Shown: positions 7,780 through 15,281 of the stretch, one piece after another
Layout of the letters: every line of letters begins with the position of its first letter
Position numbering within the stretch: position 1 is the first letter of the stretch
Origin: an uncultured Bacteroidales bacterium
GTDB lineage: Bacteria; Bacteroidota; Bacteroidia; Bacteroidales; Paludibacteraceae
Length of the DNA stretch: 55,928 bases
NCBI GenBank assembly: GCA_946184695.1
Contig: CAMHGK010000001.1
Span: 1 to 55,928 of the forward strand
Direction: 5' to 3'
The notes under the pieces: generated by a model
Seen by the model: the letters and a program-made list of their open reading frames with translations, nothing else
Told to the model about the DNA's origin: nothing
Database searches by the model: none
Position numbers and translations under genes: made by a program

Positions 7780-8592
7780 ATGATCAGACTAACCTTCTCT
7801 TTAGCTTCAGATGTCGGCTGCCTGCGACACAACAACGAAGATATGATTCTTCTCAACGGCGAGCTATTCCGAGACGAACAAAACAGCGGCTCGTTCTACA
7901 TGACCCGCGAAAGTCGTTTCGAAGCATGCGTTGCCGATGGTATGGGCGGACACGAGGGAGGCGAGTTTGCATCTGAGCTCGCCACTCAATTCTTCGATGA
8001 CTTCCTGACAGACCTTCAGCCCGGACTCACATCAGAGCAACTGATAGGGCTGATACGGCAATGGGCGGTAACTACTCATCAACGAATAGTGGACAAGAGT
8101 CTGCAACTACCTCAATATACCGGCATGGGAACTACTTTTGTCGGATTGTTTTCGTACGAAGATAAGGTCTTTTCCATAAATATCGGCGACAGCAGACTTT
8201 ATAGATTCCGCAAAGGCATACTCCGGCAACTCTCCACCGACCATTCCGTAGCTTCGGTAACAGGCGACAGCAACATCCCCACCAATGTCATTTACAACTC
8301 ACTCGGAGCCGGCAATAACGCTTTTGCAGATGTAGAAGATATCTCTGACAGAATAATGCCGGACGACACCTACCTCATCTGCTCCGACGGCCTTTCCGAC
8401 ATGCTTTCCGACACCGAAATTGAACATATTCTAACACAAACTAATACAAAGACGCACACCGACTCGGCGCAACCGTCCGCCAACCCGAGCACAGCCGCAA
8501 GCATTGCTAATCAGCTCATCGAAGCTGCCAAACAAGCCGGCGGAAAAGATAACATCTCAGCAATACTGCTAACTTTCTGTCCCGACGCCTGA
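7780..8592 (+). CDS. PP2C-family (PPM) Ser/Thr protein phosphatase
   Basis: Motifs: RHNNEDM, ADGMGGHEGGE, GMGTT, IGDSRLY, CSDGLSD, GGKDNIS. Confidence 0.92.
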   Translation: MIRLTFSLASDVGCLRHNNEDMILLNGELFRDEQNSGSFYMTRESRFEACVADGMGGHEGGEFASELATQFFDDFLTDLQPGLTSEQLIGLIRQWAVTTHQRIVDKSLQLPQYTGMGTTFVGLFSYEDKVFSINIGDSRLYRFRKGILRQLSTDHSVASVTGDSNIPTNVIYNSLGAGNNAFADVEDISDRIMPDDTYLICSDGLSDMLSDTEIEHILTQTNTKTHTDSAQPSANPSTAASIANQLIEAAKQAGGKDNISAILLTFCPDA

Positions 8593-8686
8593 ATACATTC
8601 CAAAACTATTACCATTAGGGCACTTCTAAAAATTGCTGTAAGTGTTAAATAAGTATACAAAACTTTCCCTCATAAGAGAGAATAAA

Positions 8687-8758
8687 TTTTCATTTTGGGT
8701 AATTTTGGGTAATTGTTGACTAACATTTCATTTTAGGTAATTTTGGATAATTTTTGAC
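8687..8758 (+). repeat. Two imperfect 34-bp direct repeats (30/34 identical), each carrying a TAATTTTG box
   Basis: 8687-8720 is ttttcattttgggtaattttgggtaattgttgac and 8725-8758 is atttcattttaggtaattttggataatttttgac. TAATTTTG occurs at 8700-8707 and 8738-8745. Each unit ends in TTGAC. Confidence 0.8.
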
Positions 8759-8848
8759 AGAATAAAAATGAGAAAAACGAAGTTTTTCGTTAAGCTACCA
8801 TCCATGTCTGTCAATTATCCGCCTTTTTTGCAATATTTTTGCAGAAAA

Positions 8849-8880
8849 TTTGTGTATTAAAAATAAATATCTTACCTTTG
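8849..8880 (+). promoter_or_regulatory. Bacteroidetes-type promoter for the rpsF operon (TTTG-N20-TACCTTTG)
   Basis: TTTG at 8849-8852 and TACCTTTG at 8873-8880. This matches the Bacteroides sigma-AB consensus (-33 TTTG / -7 TAnnTTTG). It lies 88 nt upstream of the rpsF ATG. Confidence 0.7.
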
Positions 8881-8967
8881 CACGCTTTTTCCGAAAAAAG
8901 CAAGATAAGGCTGCAAGCTTTAGTTATGGCAAGCAGCAAGTATTAACCAATAACAACTACAAAACAG

Positions 8968-9324
8968 ATGTTAAATCATTACGAAGCCGCTTTCATTCTG
9001 ACTCCCGTTTTGTCTGAACCACAGATGAAGGAAGCGGTTGACAAATTCGAGAACCTTCTCAAGGAGAATGGTGGCACCATTCTGAACCGCGAGGAGTGGG
9101 GTCTGAAGAAATTGGCTTACCCCATCCAAGGCAAGACAACGGGATTCTATGCCTTACTGCAATTTGATGTAGAACCGGCCGTTATCGCTACCCTCGAAAC
9201 AGCTTTCCGTCGCGACGAAAAAGTACTGCGCTTCCTTTCGTTCCGCCTCGACAAGTATGCATTTGAGTATGCAGAAAAACGCCGCAATGTTAACCTTAAA
9301 AAACAACAGAAAGAGGAGGCTTAA
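8968..9324 (+). CDS. rpsF: 30S ribosomal protein S6
   Basis: [13 protein letters not shown]...GFYALLQF... is typical of S6. It is followed by S18 and L9 in the conserved operon order. Confidence 0.95.
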   Translation: MLNHYEAAFILTPVLSEPQMKEAVDKFENLLKENGGTILNREEWGLKKLAYPIQGKTTGFYALLQFDVEPAVIATLETAFRRDEKVLRFLSFRLDKYAFEYAEKRRNVNLKKQQKEEA

Positions 9325-9326
9325 TT

Positions 9327-9590
9327 ATGGCAGAACAAGAAATTCGCTATCTCACACCGCAGCAGAGCGACCAGAAGAAAAAGAAGTATTGCCGTTTCAA
9401 AAAGAGCGGTATCAAATACATCGACTACAAAGACCCTGAGTTCCTCAAGAAGTTCCTCAACGAGCAAGGCAAGATTCTGCCTCGACGCATCACCGGCACC
9501 TCTCTGAAGTTCCAGCGCAAGGTAGCACAAGCAGTTAAAAGAGCACGCCACTTGGCTCTGCTCCCGTACGTAACCGATATGATGAAATAA
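9327..9590 (+). CDS. rpsR: 30S ribosomal protein S18
   Basis: [29 protein letters not shown]...[19 protein letters not shown]. Confidence 0.95.
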   Translation: MAEQEIRYLTPQQSDQKKKKYCRFKKSGIKYIDYKDPEFLKKFLNEQGKILPRRITGTSLKFQRKVAQAVKRARHLALLPYVTDMMK

Positions 9591-9603
9591 GGAGGGCAAT
9601 ACT

Positions 9604-10098
9604 ATGGAAGTTATACTTATTCAAGACGTTGCCAATCTGGGCTACAAAAACGACATTGTAAAGGTAAAAGACGGCTATGGCCGCAACTACCTCATCCCCC
9701 GCAAGCTTGCTGTTATTGCAAACGAAAGCGCCAAGAAGCAGCTCGCCGAGAATCTCAAACAGCAGGCTCATAAGCTCGCCAAACTCAAAGACGATGCCGT
9801 AGTTCTTGCAAGCAAACTCGAAGCCGCACATCTCACCATCGCTGCCAAAGCAAGCGAGGGCGGCAAGATATTCGGCTCTATCACCAACGCACAACTCTCT
9901 GAGGCTCTCGAAGCTCTCGGCATCAGCATCGACCGCAAGCTCATCACCGTTGAACCCGTTAAGGAACTCGGCGAAGGTAAGGCTACGGCTCGTCTGCACA
10001 AAGAAGTTAAGGCTGAAATCCACTTCCGCGTTGTAGCTGAGAAGGAAGCACAAAACGATAACGCTGCTCAACAGCAAGAAAATGAAGAGCAAGCCTAA
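9604..10098 (+). CDS. rplI: 50S ribosomal protein L9
   Basis: MEVILIQDVANLGYKNDIVKVKDGYGRNYLIPRKLA is the canonical L9 N-terminus. Confidence 0.95.
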   Translation: MEVILIQDVANLGYKNDIVKVKDGYGRNYLIPRKLAVIANESAKKQLAENLKQQAHKLAKLKDDAVVLASKLEAAHLTIAAKASEGGKIFGSITNAQLSEALEALGISIDRKLITVEPVKELGEGKATARLHKEVKAEIHFRVVAEKEAQNDNAAQQQENEEQA

Positions 10099-10124
10099 TA
10101 GACAATCACTAAAATGCTGAAATT

Positions 10125-10379
10125 ATGAAAAAAGGTATTCATCCCGATAACTATCGCGTAGTGGTTTTCAAAGATATGTCCGACGGAACTCAGTTCTTCA
10201 GCCGTTCCACCGCTGCCACTAAAGATACAATCGACATCGACGGACAGACATATCCGCTTATCAAACTCGAGATTTCTAACACTTCTCACCCCTTCTACAC
10301 CGGCAAGTCAAAACTCGTCGATACCGCAGGACGTGTTGATAAGTTCATGTCACGCTACGGCAACCGCCACAAGAAATAA
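10125..10379 (+). CDS. rpmE: 50S ribosomal protein L31, type B (no CxxC zinc motif)
   Basis: [10 protein letters not shown]...SHPFYTGK. It lacks the Cys pairs found in type A L31. Confidence 0.9.
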   Translation: MKKGIHPDNYRVVVFKDMSDGTQFFSRSTAATKDTIDIDGQTYPLIKLEISNTSHPFYTGKSKLVDTAGRVDKFMSRYGNRHKK

Positions 10380-10402
10380 TCTGTAGTCAGATACTCTCTA
10401 TA

Positions 10403-10458
10403 AGCTATCAGCTATCAGCAGTCAGCCCGAAAAAGCTGATAACTGATAACTGATAGCT
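10403..10458 (+). terminator. Long imperfect hairpin built from heptamer repeats, downstream of rpmE
   Basis: Left arm agctatcagctatcagcagtcagc (10403-10426), loop ccgaaaaa, right arm gctgataactgataactgatagct (10435-10458). The arms are 24 nt with 4 mismatches, and there is no clear U-tract. Confidence 0.5.
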
Positions 10459-10480
10459 GATTTAATATATGTAGTCAACT

Positions 10481-11410
10481 ATGGCATCCAACACGCAGCT
10501 CACCGTCAAATCTGAGACTACGCTCATCTGTTTCCTTGAAGATAAGATGGGCGGCATGAGCCGTACCAGCATCAAGCAACTCCTCACCCACAGGCAAGTA
10601 AGCGTCAATGGGAAAATAACCACTCTGCCTACCACCCCCCTTAGCCCTGACGATGAGATAACCATCCGCTCCGGTATGCCGTCGGCGGAACTTCATCACC
10701 CCAAACTGCGCGTCGTATATGAGGATAACGATATCATCGTGGTCGAGAAAAAGGAAGGTCTGCTCACCGTTGCCACCCACCCGGGCTCCAAAGAGACAAC
10801 CGTATTCTCCATTCTCAAGAGCTACATCCGACGCAGCAACCCGCGGGAAGGAGTCTATACCGTACACCGCCTCGACCGCGAGACGTCAGGGCTGCTGGTC
10901 TTTGCTAAAAGCAAACAGCTGCAAGAATATATGCGCGAATGGTGGCGCCAGTTGGTCAAGAAACGCACCTATGTGGCAGTGGCTGAAGGACTATTTGAAC
11001 AACCTCAGGGACGCATAGTAACCTGGCTGACCGAGGACAAGCGCAATGCCGTAGTCTATTCCTCACCCGTAGATGATGGAGGCAAGCAGGCCATCACCAA
11101 CTACAAGGTGATAGCCGAAAGCCAAAAGCAGCCGTCCGTCAGCGACGAACAGTACATACCGCTATCGCTCGTCGAACTGAACCTTGAGACTGGTCGCACC
11201 AATCAGATTCGCGTACACCTTGCTTCTGTGGGGCATCCCGTAGCAGGCGACCGCAAATACGGCTCAGGACGAGAGCTACCCATCGACCGACTTGCACTGC
11301 ACGCATGCGTGCTTGAGTTCATACATCCCGCCACGGAGCAGGTGATGCACTTCGAAACACCCGTGCCAAGAGAATTCAACCGCCTCTTCCACTCCGACAA
11401 GCAAAACTGA
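10481..11410 (+). CDS. RluA-family rRNA pseudouridine synthase with an N-terminal S4-like domain
   Basis: HRLDRETSGLLVFAK catalytic motif and GRTNQIRVHL. Confidence 0.85.
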   Translation: MASNTQLTVKSETTLICFLEDKMGGMSRTSIKQLLTHRQVSVNGKITTLPTTPLSPDDEITIRSGMPSAELHHPKLRVVYEDNDIIVVEKKEGLLTVATHPGSKETTVFSILKSYIRRSNPREGVYTVHRLDRETSGLLVFAKSKQLQEYMREWWRQLVKKRTYVAVAEGLFEQPQGRIVTWLTEDKRNAVVYSSPVDDGGKQAITNYKVIAESQKQPSVSDEQYIPLSLVELNLETGRTNQIRVHLASVGHPVAGDRKYGSGRELPIDRLALHACVLEFIHPATEQVMHFETPVPREFNRLFHSDKQN

Positions 11411-11422
11411 CAATCAGCCGAC

Positions 11423-11482
11423 AAGCAGGCAAGCAGGCAAGCAGCCGAGCAGGCAAGCAGGCAGGCAAGCAGGCAAGCGGCC
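11423..11482 (+). repeat. Octamer tandem array (AAGCAGGC)n, about 7 units with variants
   Basis: aagcaggc aagcaggc aagcagcc gagcaggc aagcaggc aggc aagcaggc aagcggcc. It begins 12 nt after the pseudouridine synthase stop. There is no inverted complement, so it is not a hairpin. Confidence 0.85.
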
Positions 11483-11535
11483 GACATAACACCTCCTCCC
11501 CCACCCCTATACTAACCTACAAACCCGCAGCTCAC

Positions 11536-11961
11536 ATGGCAAAACAAGACAAAATCGACTCGCTCTACATGCGCATGGCGCATATCTGGGCTGAGAACTC
11601 CTACTGCCAACGCCGACAAGTGGGAGCCCTTCTTGTCAAAGACAAGATGATTATCTCCGACGGCTATAATGGTACTCCGTCGGGCTTTGAAAACAACTGC
11701 GAAGATGAAAACAACGTCTCCAAACCATACGTTCTACATGCAGAGGCCAATGCCATAAGCAAAGTGGCACGCTCTAACAACTCCTCCGACGGAGCCACAC
11801 TCTATGTGACCGACTCGCCCTGCATGGAATGCTCCAAACTTATCATACAAGCAGGTATCAAACGTGTGGTCTATAACAGAGAATACCGACTCATCGACGG
11901 CATCGAACTGCTCCGACGAGCAGGCATAGAGATAACCAAAATAGACGATCCCATCGGCTGA
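11536..11961 (+). CDS. Deoxycytidylate (dCMP) deaminase
   Basis: HAEANAI and PCMECSKLI zinc-binding motifs of the CMP/dCMP deaminase fold. Confidence 0.88.
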   Translation: MAKQDKIDSLYMRMAHIWAENSYCQRRQVGALLVKDKMIISDGYNGTPSGFENNCEDENNVSKPYVLHAEANAISKVARSNNSSDGATLYVTDSPCMECSKLIIQAGIKRVVYNREYRLIDGIELLRRAGIEITKIDDPIG

Positions 11962-12052
11962 AAACACACAAAAACGATTCTCAAAGCACCCTACTCCATA
12001 AATAGGCAATTTCACAAATAAGCATATTATTCCATAAATATATATAGCAGCA

Positions 12053-13657
12053 ATGAAAAAATACATATTCCCGACTTTTGTAGTCGTCGCACTCGCAGTA
12101 GGCATCATCGTAGGTAATAGCCTCGGACAAAACGCCTACGCACAAACTATCAACTGGAGCAACTTCCGCATGCCTCAGAGCAAAATCGACATGATGCTAC
12201 GCTACGTTCAGCAGGCCTACGTCGATCCTATTGATATCGACTCACTTACCGACGAGGTGATGGTGGAAATGGTACAGAATCTCGACCCTCACAGCGCTTA
12301 TATTCCAAAGAAAGACCTCGAGTTGGTCAACTCAGAGCTCGACGCTACATTCTCAGGTATAGGCGTGCAGTTCTCTATTCAGAACGACACCGTAAGCATT
12401 GTTGCCGTTATAAGCGGCGGTCCGAGCGAGGGTGTGGGAGTGCTTGCCGGCGACAAGATAGTGGAGGTCAACGACACTGCTTTTTGCGGCAAAGGAATCA
12501 ACAACGAGCGTGTCATGCGCACCCTGCGCGGACCTAAAGGGACACAGGTCACCTTAGGCGTTATGCGCTTCGGAGAACCGGAGATTCTCAAATTCACCAT
12601 CACCCGAGGCGACATTCCCGTCCACTCCGTTGATGCCGCCTTCCTCATCGACAACAGCATCGGATTTGTGCGCGTCAATAAGTTTGCTGAAAAGACATAC
12701 GACGAGTTTATCGACGCCCTTGCCAAACTTCGTGCTCAAGGAGCAAAGAGCTATATCGTCGACCTTCGCGAGAACTCAGGTGGCTATATGGAGCAAGCCA
12801 TACGCATGGCCAACGAGTTCCTTTCTGACGGAGATATGATAGTATATGCAGAAGGTCGAGCCTATCCTAAATATGAGGCACGAGCCAACCGTCAGGGACG
12901 CTTCCGCCAAACGCCACTCGTCGTTCTGATAGACGAGTTCTCTGCCTCCGCCTCAGAGATTTTTGCAGGTGCTATGCAAGACCACGACCGAGCCACCATC
13001 ATCGGACGCCGCTCTTTCGGCAAGGGACTTGTGCAACAGCAGATTCCATTCTCCGATGGCAGCGCAGTCAGACTGACCGTGGCACGCTACTATACACCCT
13101 CAGGCAGATGCATACAGAAACCTTACGAACTGGGCAAAAACGACGACTATATGAAAGATATCGTCGAGCGTTTCGACCATGGCGAGTTCTTCTCAAAAGA
13201 TAGCATTCACCTCAAGGACACTACCCGCTACTACACCGACAACGGTAGAGTGGTATATGGAGGCGGAGGAATAATGCCTGACATCTTTATCGGAAGAGAT
13301 ACTACACTGAATACCCCATGGTACAACCGCGTGGTCAATCGCGCCTTTACATACCAATTCGCATACCAATATACCGACCGCCATCGCAAACAACTATCCA
13401 AGCACAAGAATTGGCAAGATCTCGAGAAATACCTCAACAAGCAAAACTGGTTAGAGGAGTTCATAAGCTTCTGCAAAGAGAAAGGCGTGGAACCCAACCG
13501 CGCGGAAATAGAAAAGTCGAAGCCGCTAATCAACCGACTTGTCAATGCATACATTGTCCGCAACATACTCGGTGACGACGGATTCTTCCAGCTCTACGAG
13601 CGCGACGATGAGATAACTAAGCGCGCCGTTGAAGAACTACGCAAGCAGCAAAAATAG
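12053..13657 (+). CDS. S41-family C-terminal processing peptidase with a PDZ domain
   Basis: N-terminal signal/anchor, a PDZ-like GGPSEGVGVLAGDKIVEVN, and catalytic-region motifs FSASASEIFAGA and GKGLVQ. Confidence 0.88.
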   Translation: MKKYIFPTFVVVALAVGIIVGNSLGQNAYAQTINWSNFRMPQSKIDMMLRYVQQAYVDPIDIDSLTDEVMVEMVQNLDPHSAYIPKKDLELVNSELDATFSGIGVQFSIQNDTVSIVAVISGGPSEGVGVLAGDKIVEVNDTAFCGKGINNERVMRTLRGPKGTQVTLGVMRFGEPEILKFTITRGDIPVHSVDAAFLIDNSIGFVRVNKFAEKTYDEFIDALAKLRAQGAKSYIVDLRENSGGYMEQAIRMANEFLSDGDMIVYAEGRAYPKYEARANRQGRFRQTPLVVLIDEFSASASEIFAGAMQDHDRATIIGRRSFGKGLVQQQIPFSDGSAVRLTVARYYTPSGRCIQKPYELGKNDDYMKDIVERFDHGEFFSKDSIHLKDTTRYYTDNGRVVYGGGGIMPDIFIGRDTTLNTPWYNRVVNRAFTYQFAYQYTDRHRKQLSKHKNWQDLEKYLNKQNWLEEFISFCKEKGVEPNRAEIEKSKPLINRLVNAYIVRNILGDDGFFQLYERDDEITKRAVEELRKQQK

Positions 13658-13738
13658 CCTCAGCGCAGCTATATAACCACCTTCACCTAAAACAACCACT
13701 GAGTTCCTCCAACTGCCACCTTTTAATACGCGTTTACA

Positions 13739-14899
13739 ATGCAACAAACTAATTTCATCGACTACGTAAAGATATATTGCCGCTCAGGCAAAGGCGGTGC
13801 AGGCAGTATGCACTTCCATCGCGCCAAGTATCTGCCTAAGGGCGGACCCGATGGTGGCGACGGCGGCAGAGGCGGACATATTATCCTTCGCGGCAACCGC
13901 AACCTATGGACACTGCTGCACTTGAAATATCAGCGCCACCTGTTTGCAACCGACGGAGGCAATGGCGGTGAGAGCCGCAGTTTCGGCAAGGACGGAGAGG
14001 ACAAGATAATAGAAGTCCCCTTAGGTACGGTATGCTACGATGGCGACAGCGGTGAGTTTCTTGCCGAAGTCAGAGAGCATGGCGAAGATATAGTACTGCT
14101 CAAAGGCGGCAGAGGCGGCAGGGGCAACTGGCACTTCCGTACCGCCACTAACCAAGCCCCGCGCTACGCACAACCCGGAGAACCTGCCACCGAAAGAAAT
14201 ATCATACTGCAACTAAAGGTGCTTGCCGACGTCGGACTCGTAGGGTTCCCCAATGCCGGAAAATCAACGCTATTGTCGGTGGTGAGTGCCGCCAAACCTG
14301 AGATTGCCGACTACCCCTTCACTACCCTAACTCCGCAATTAGGAATTGTCAGCTACCGCGACAACCGCTCGTTCTGCATGGCCGACATACCGGGAATAAT
14401 AGAAGGAGCAGCAGAGGGCAAAGGACTCGGACTGCGCTTTCTAAGGCACATCGAGCGCAATAGCGTGCTGCTATTCATGGTTCCCGTAAGCTCTGAGAAT
14501 ATCGCTAAAGAATACAACATTCTGCTTTCTGAGTTAGAGAAATACAACCCCGAACTACTGACCAAAGCCCGCTTGCTCGCCATAAGCAAATGCGACATGG
14601 CTGACCAAGAAATGCTAAAACAAGCCGAGAAGACCATGCCGACGGATATCAGTCATGTATTCATCTCATCTGTAAGCGGACAAGGCATAGAGCAACTCAA
14701 AGATATGCTATGGCAAGAGTTAGAGAAGGAAGAGAACCAAGTGATAGAAATCTCACACCTGCCTATCGACATCAAGAAGATTGAAAGCGAAGATAGCGGC
14801 GCCGAGACCGAGCAAGAAGAACAACATACTATCTACCTCAACGAAGTAGAAGAAGAGTGGGACCTGAGCAAGTACAAAGGCATCGGCTGGGACGAGTAA
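13739..14899 (+). CDS. obg: GTPase Obg
   Basis: [18 protein letters not shown], the Gly-rich Obg fold, G1 GFPNAGKST, and an acidic C-terminal extension. Confidence 0.95.
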   Translation: MQQTNFIDYVKIYCRSGKGGAGSMHFHRAKYLPKGGPDGGDGGRGGHIILRGNRNLWTLLHLKYQRHLFATDGGNGGESRSFGKDGEDKIIEVPLGTVCYDGDSGEFLAEVREHGEDIVLLKGGRGGRGNWHFRTATNQAPRYAQPGEPATERNIILQLKVLADVGLVGFPNAGKSTLLSVVSAAKPEIADYPFTTLTPQLGIVSYRDNRSFCMADIPGIIEGAAEGKGLGLRFLRHIERNSVLLFMVPVSSENIAKEYNILLSELEKYNPELLTKARLLAISKCDMADQEMLKQAEKTMPTDISHVFISSVSGQGIEQLKDMLWQELEKEENQVIEISHLPIDIKKIESEDSGAETEQEEQHTIYLNEVEEEWDLSKYKGIGWDE

Positions 14900-14904
14900 T
14901 TGAC

Positions 14905-14939
14905 AATGCATAATGCATAATTCATAATGCATAATTTAT
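14905..14939 (+). repeat. Heptamer tandem array (AATGCAT)x5 with variants, 5 nt after the obg stop
   Basis: aatgcat aatgcat aattcat aatgcat aatttat. The ORF-track ATG at 14927 lies inside this array. Confidence 0.9.
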
Positions 14940-14944
14940 ACAAA

Positions 14945-15157
14945 ATGATAACTGATATGGAAAATGTTACTATGAATTACGACGAAGCTATAAAGCAACT
15001 TGAGCAGATCATGCACGAGATAGAAACCGACGAGGCCATGCCTCTTAGTGTGTTCAAACAGAAAGTAAAGCAAGCACGCGAACTCATTGACTTTTGCGAC
15101 AAGCAGATAACCAATATCGAATCAGAACTCAAGACTTTAGACATGGAAACAGAATAG
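14945..15157 (+). CDS. xseB: Exodeoxyribonuclease VII small subunit
   Basis: NYDEAIKQLEQIMHEIETDEAMPLSVFKQKVKQARELIDFCDKQI fits the XseB helical-hairpin pattern. The start is uncertain: in-frame ATGs occur at 14927, 14945, 14957 and 14972. I prefer one downstream of the repeat array. Confidence 0.75.
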   Translation: MITDMENVTMNYDEAIKQLEQIMHEIETDEAMPLSVFKQKVKQARELIDFCDKQITNIESELKTLDMETE

Positions 15158-15178
15158 CTCCAAGACCGCCTTGCTATT

Positions 15179-15205
15179 AGAATAAGAAATTAGAAATTAG
15201 AAATA
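15179..15205 (+). repeat. Heptamer tandem array (AGAAATT)n downstream of xseB
   Basis: agaataa(g) / agaaatt / agaaatt / agaaata, immediately 5' of the terminator hairpin. Confidence 0.7.
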
Positions 15206-15211
15206 AAAAGG

Positions 15212-15236
15212 CCGCTTTGCCCTAACAGCAAAGCGG
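15212..15236. terminator. Bidirectional terminator hairpin between the convergent xseB and PotD-like genes
   Basis: ccgctttgc (15212-15220), loop cctaaca, gcaaagcgg (15228-15236): a 9-bp perfect stem. It is flanked by an A-run on the left and T-rich sequence on the right. Confidence 0.7.
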
Positions 15237-15281
15237 TCTTATTTCTTTATGTTTGCGGTTTATCCGCTTATGGGTAGCAGT

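Noticed and set aside
8768-8860. 30-codon ORF (MRKTKFFVKLPSMSVNYPPFLQYFCRKFVY*) in the spacer before rpsF
   Set aside because: It overlaps the predicted rpsF promoter region. It has no conservation evidence available and its sequence is AT-rich. It is indistinguishable from chance.
10125-10379. Type B (zinc-free) L31 as a possible Zur-regulated paralogue
   Set aside because: It sits directly downstream of the rpsF-rpsR-rplI operon with no operator-like palindrome upstream. From this window I cannot tell whether a type A copy exists, so it is most simply the organism's main L31.
11203-11487. 94-aa minus-strand ORF starting MSAACLLACLLACSAACLLAC
   Set aside because: Its N-terminus is the octamer repeat read in frame, and the rest is antisense to the pseudouridine synthase gene.
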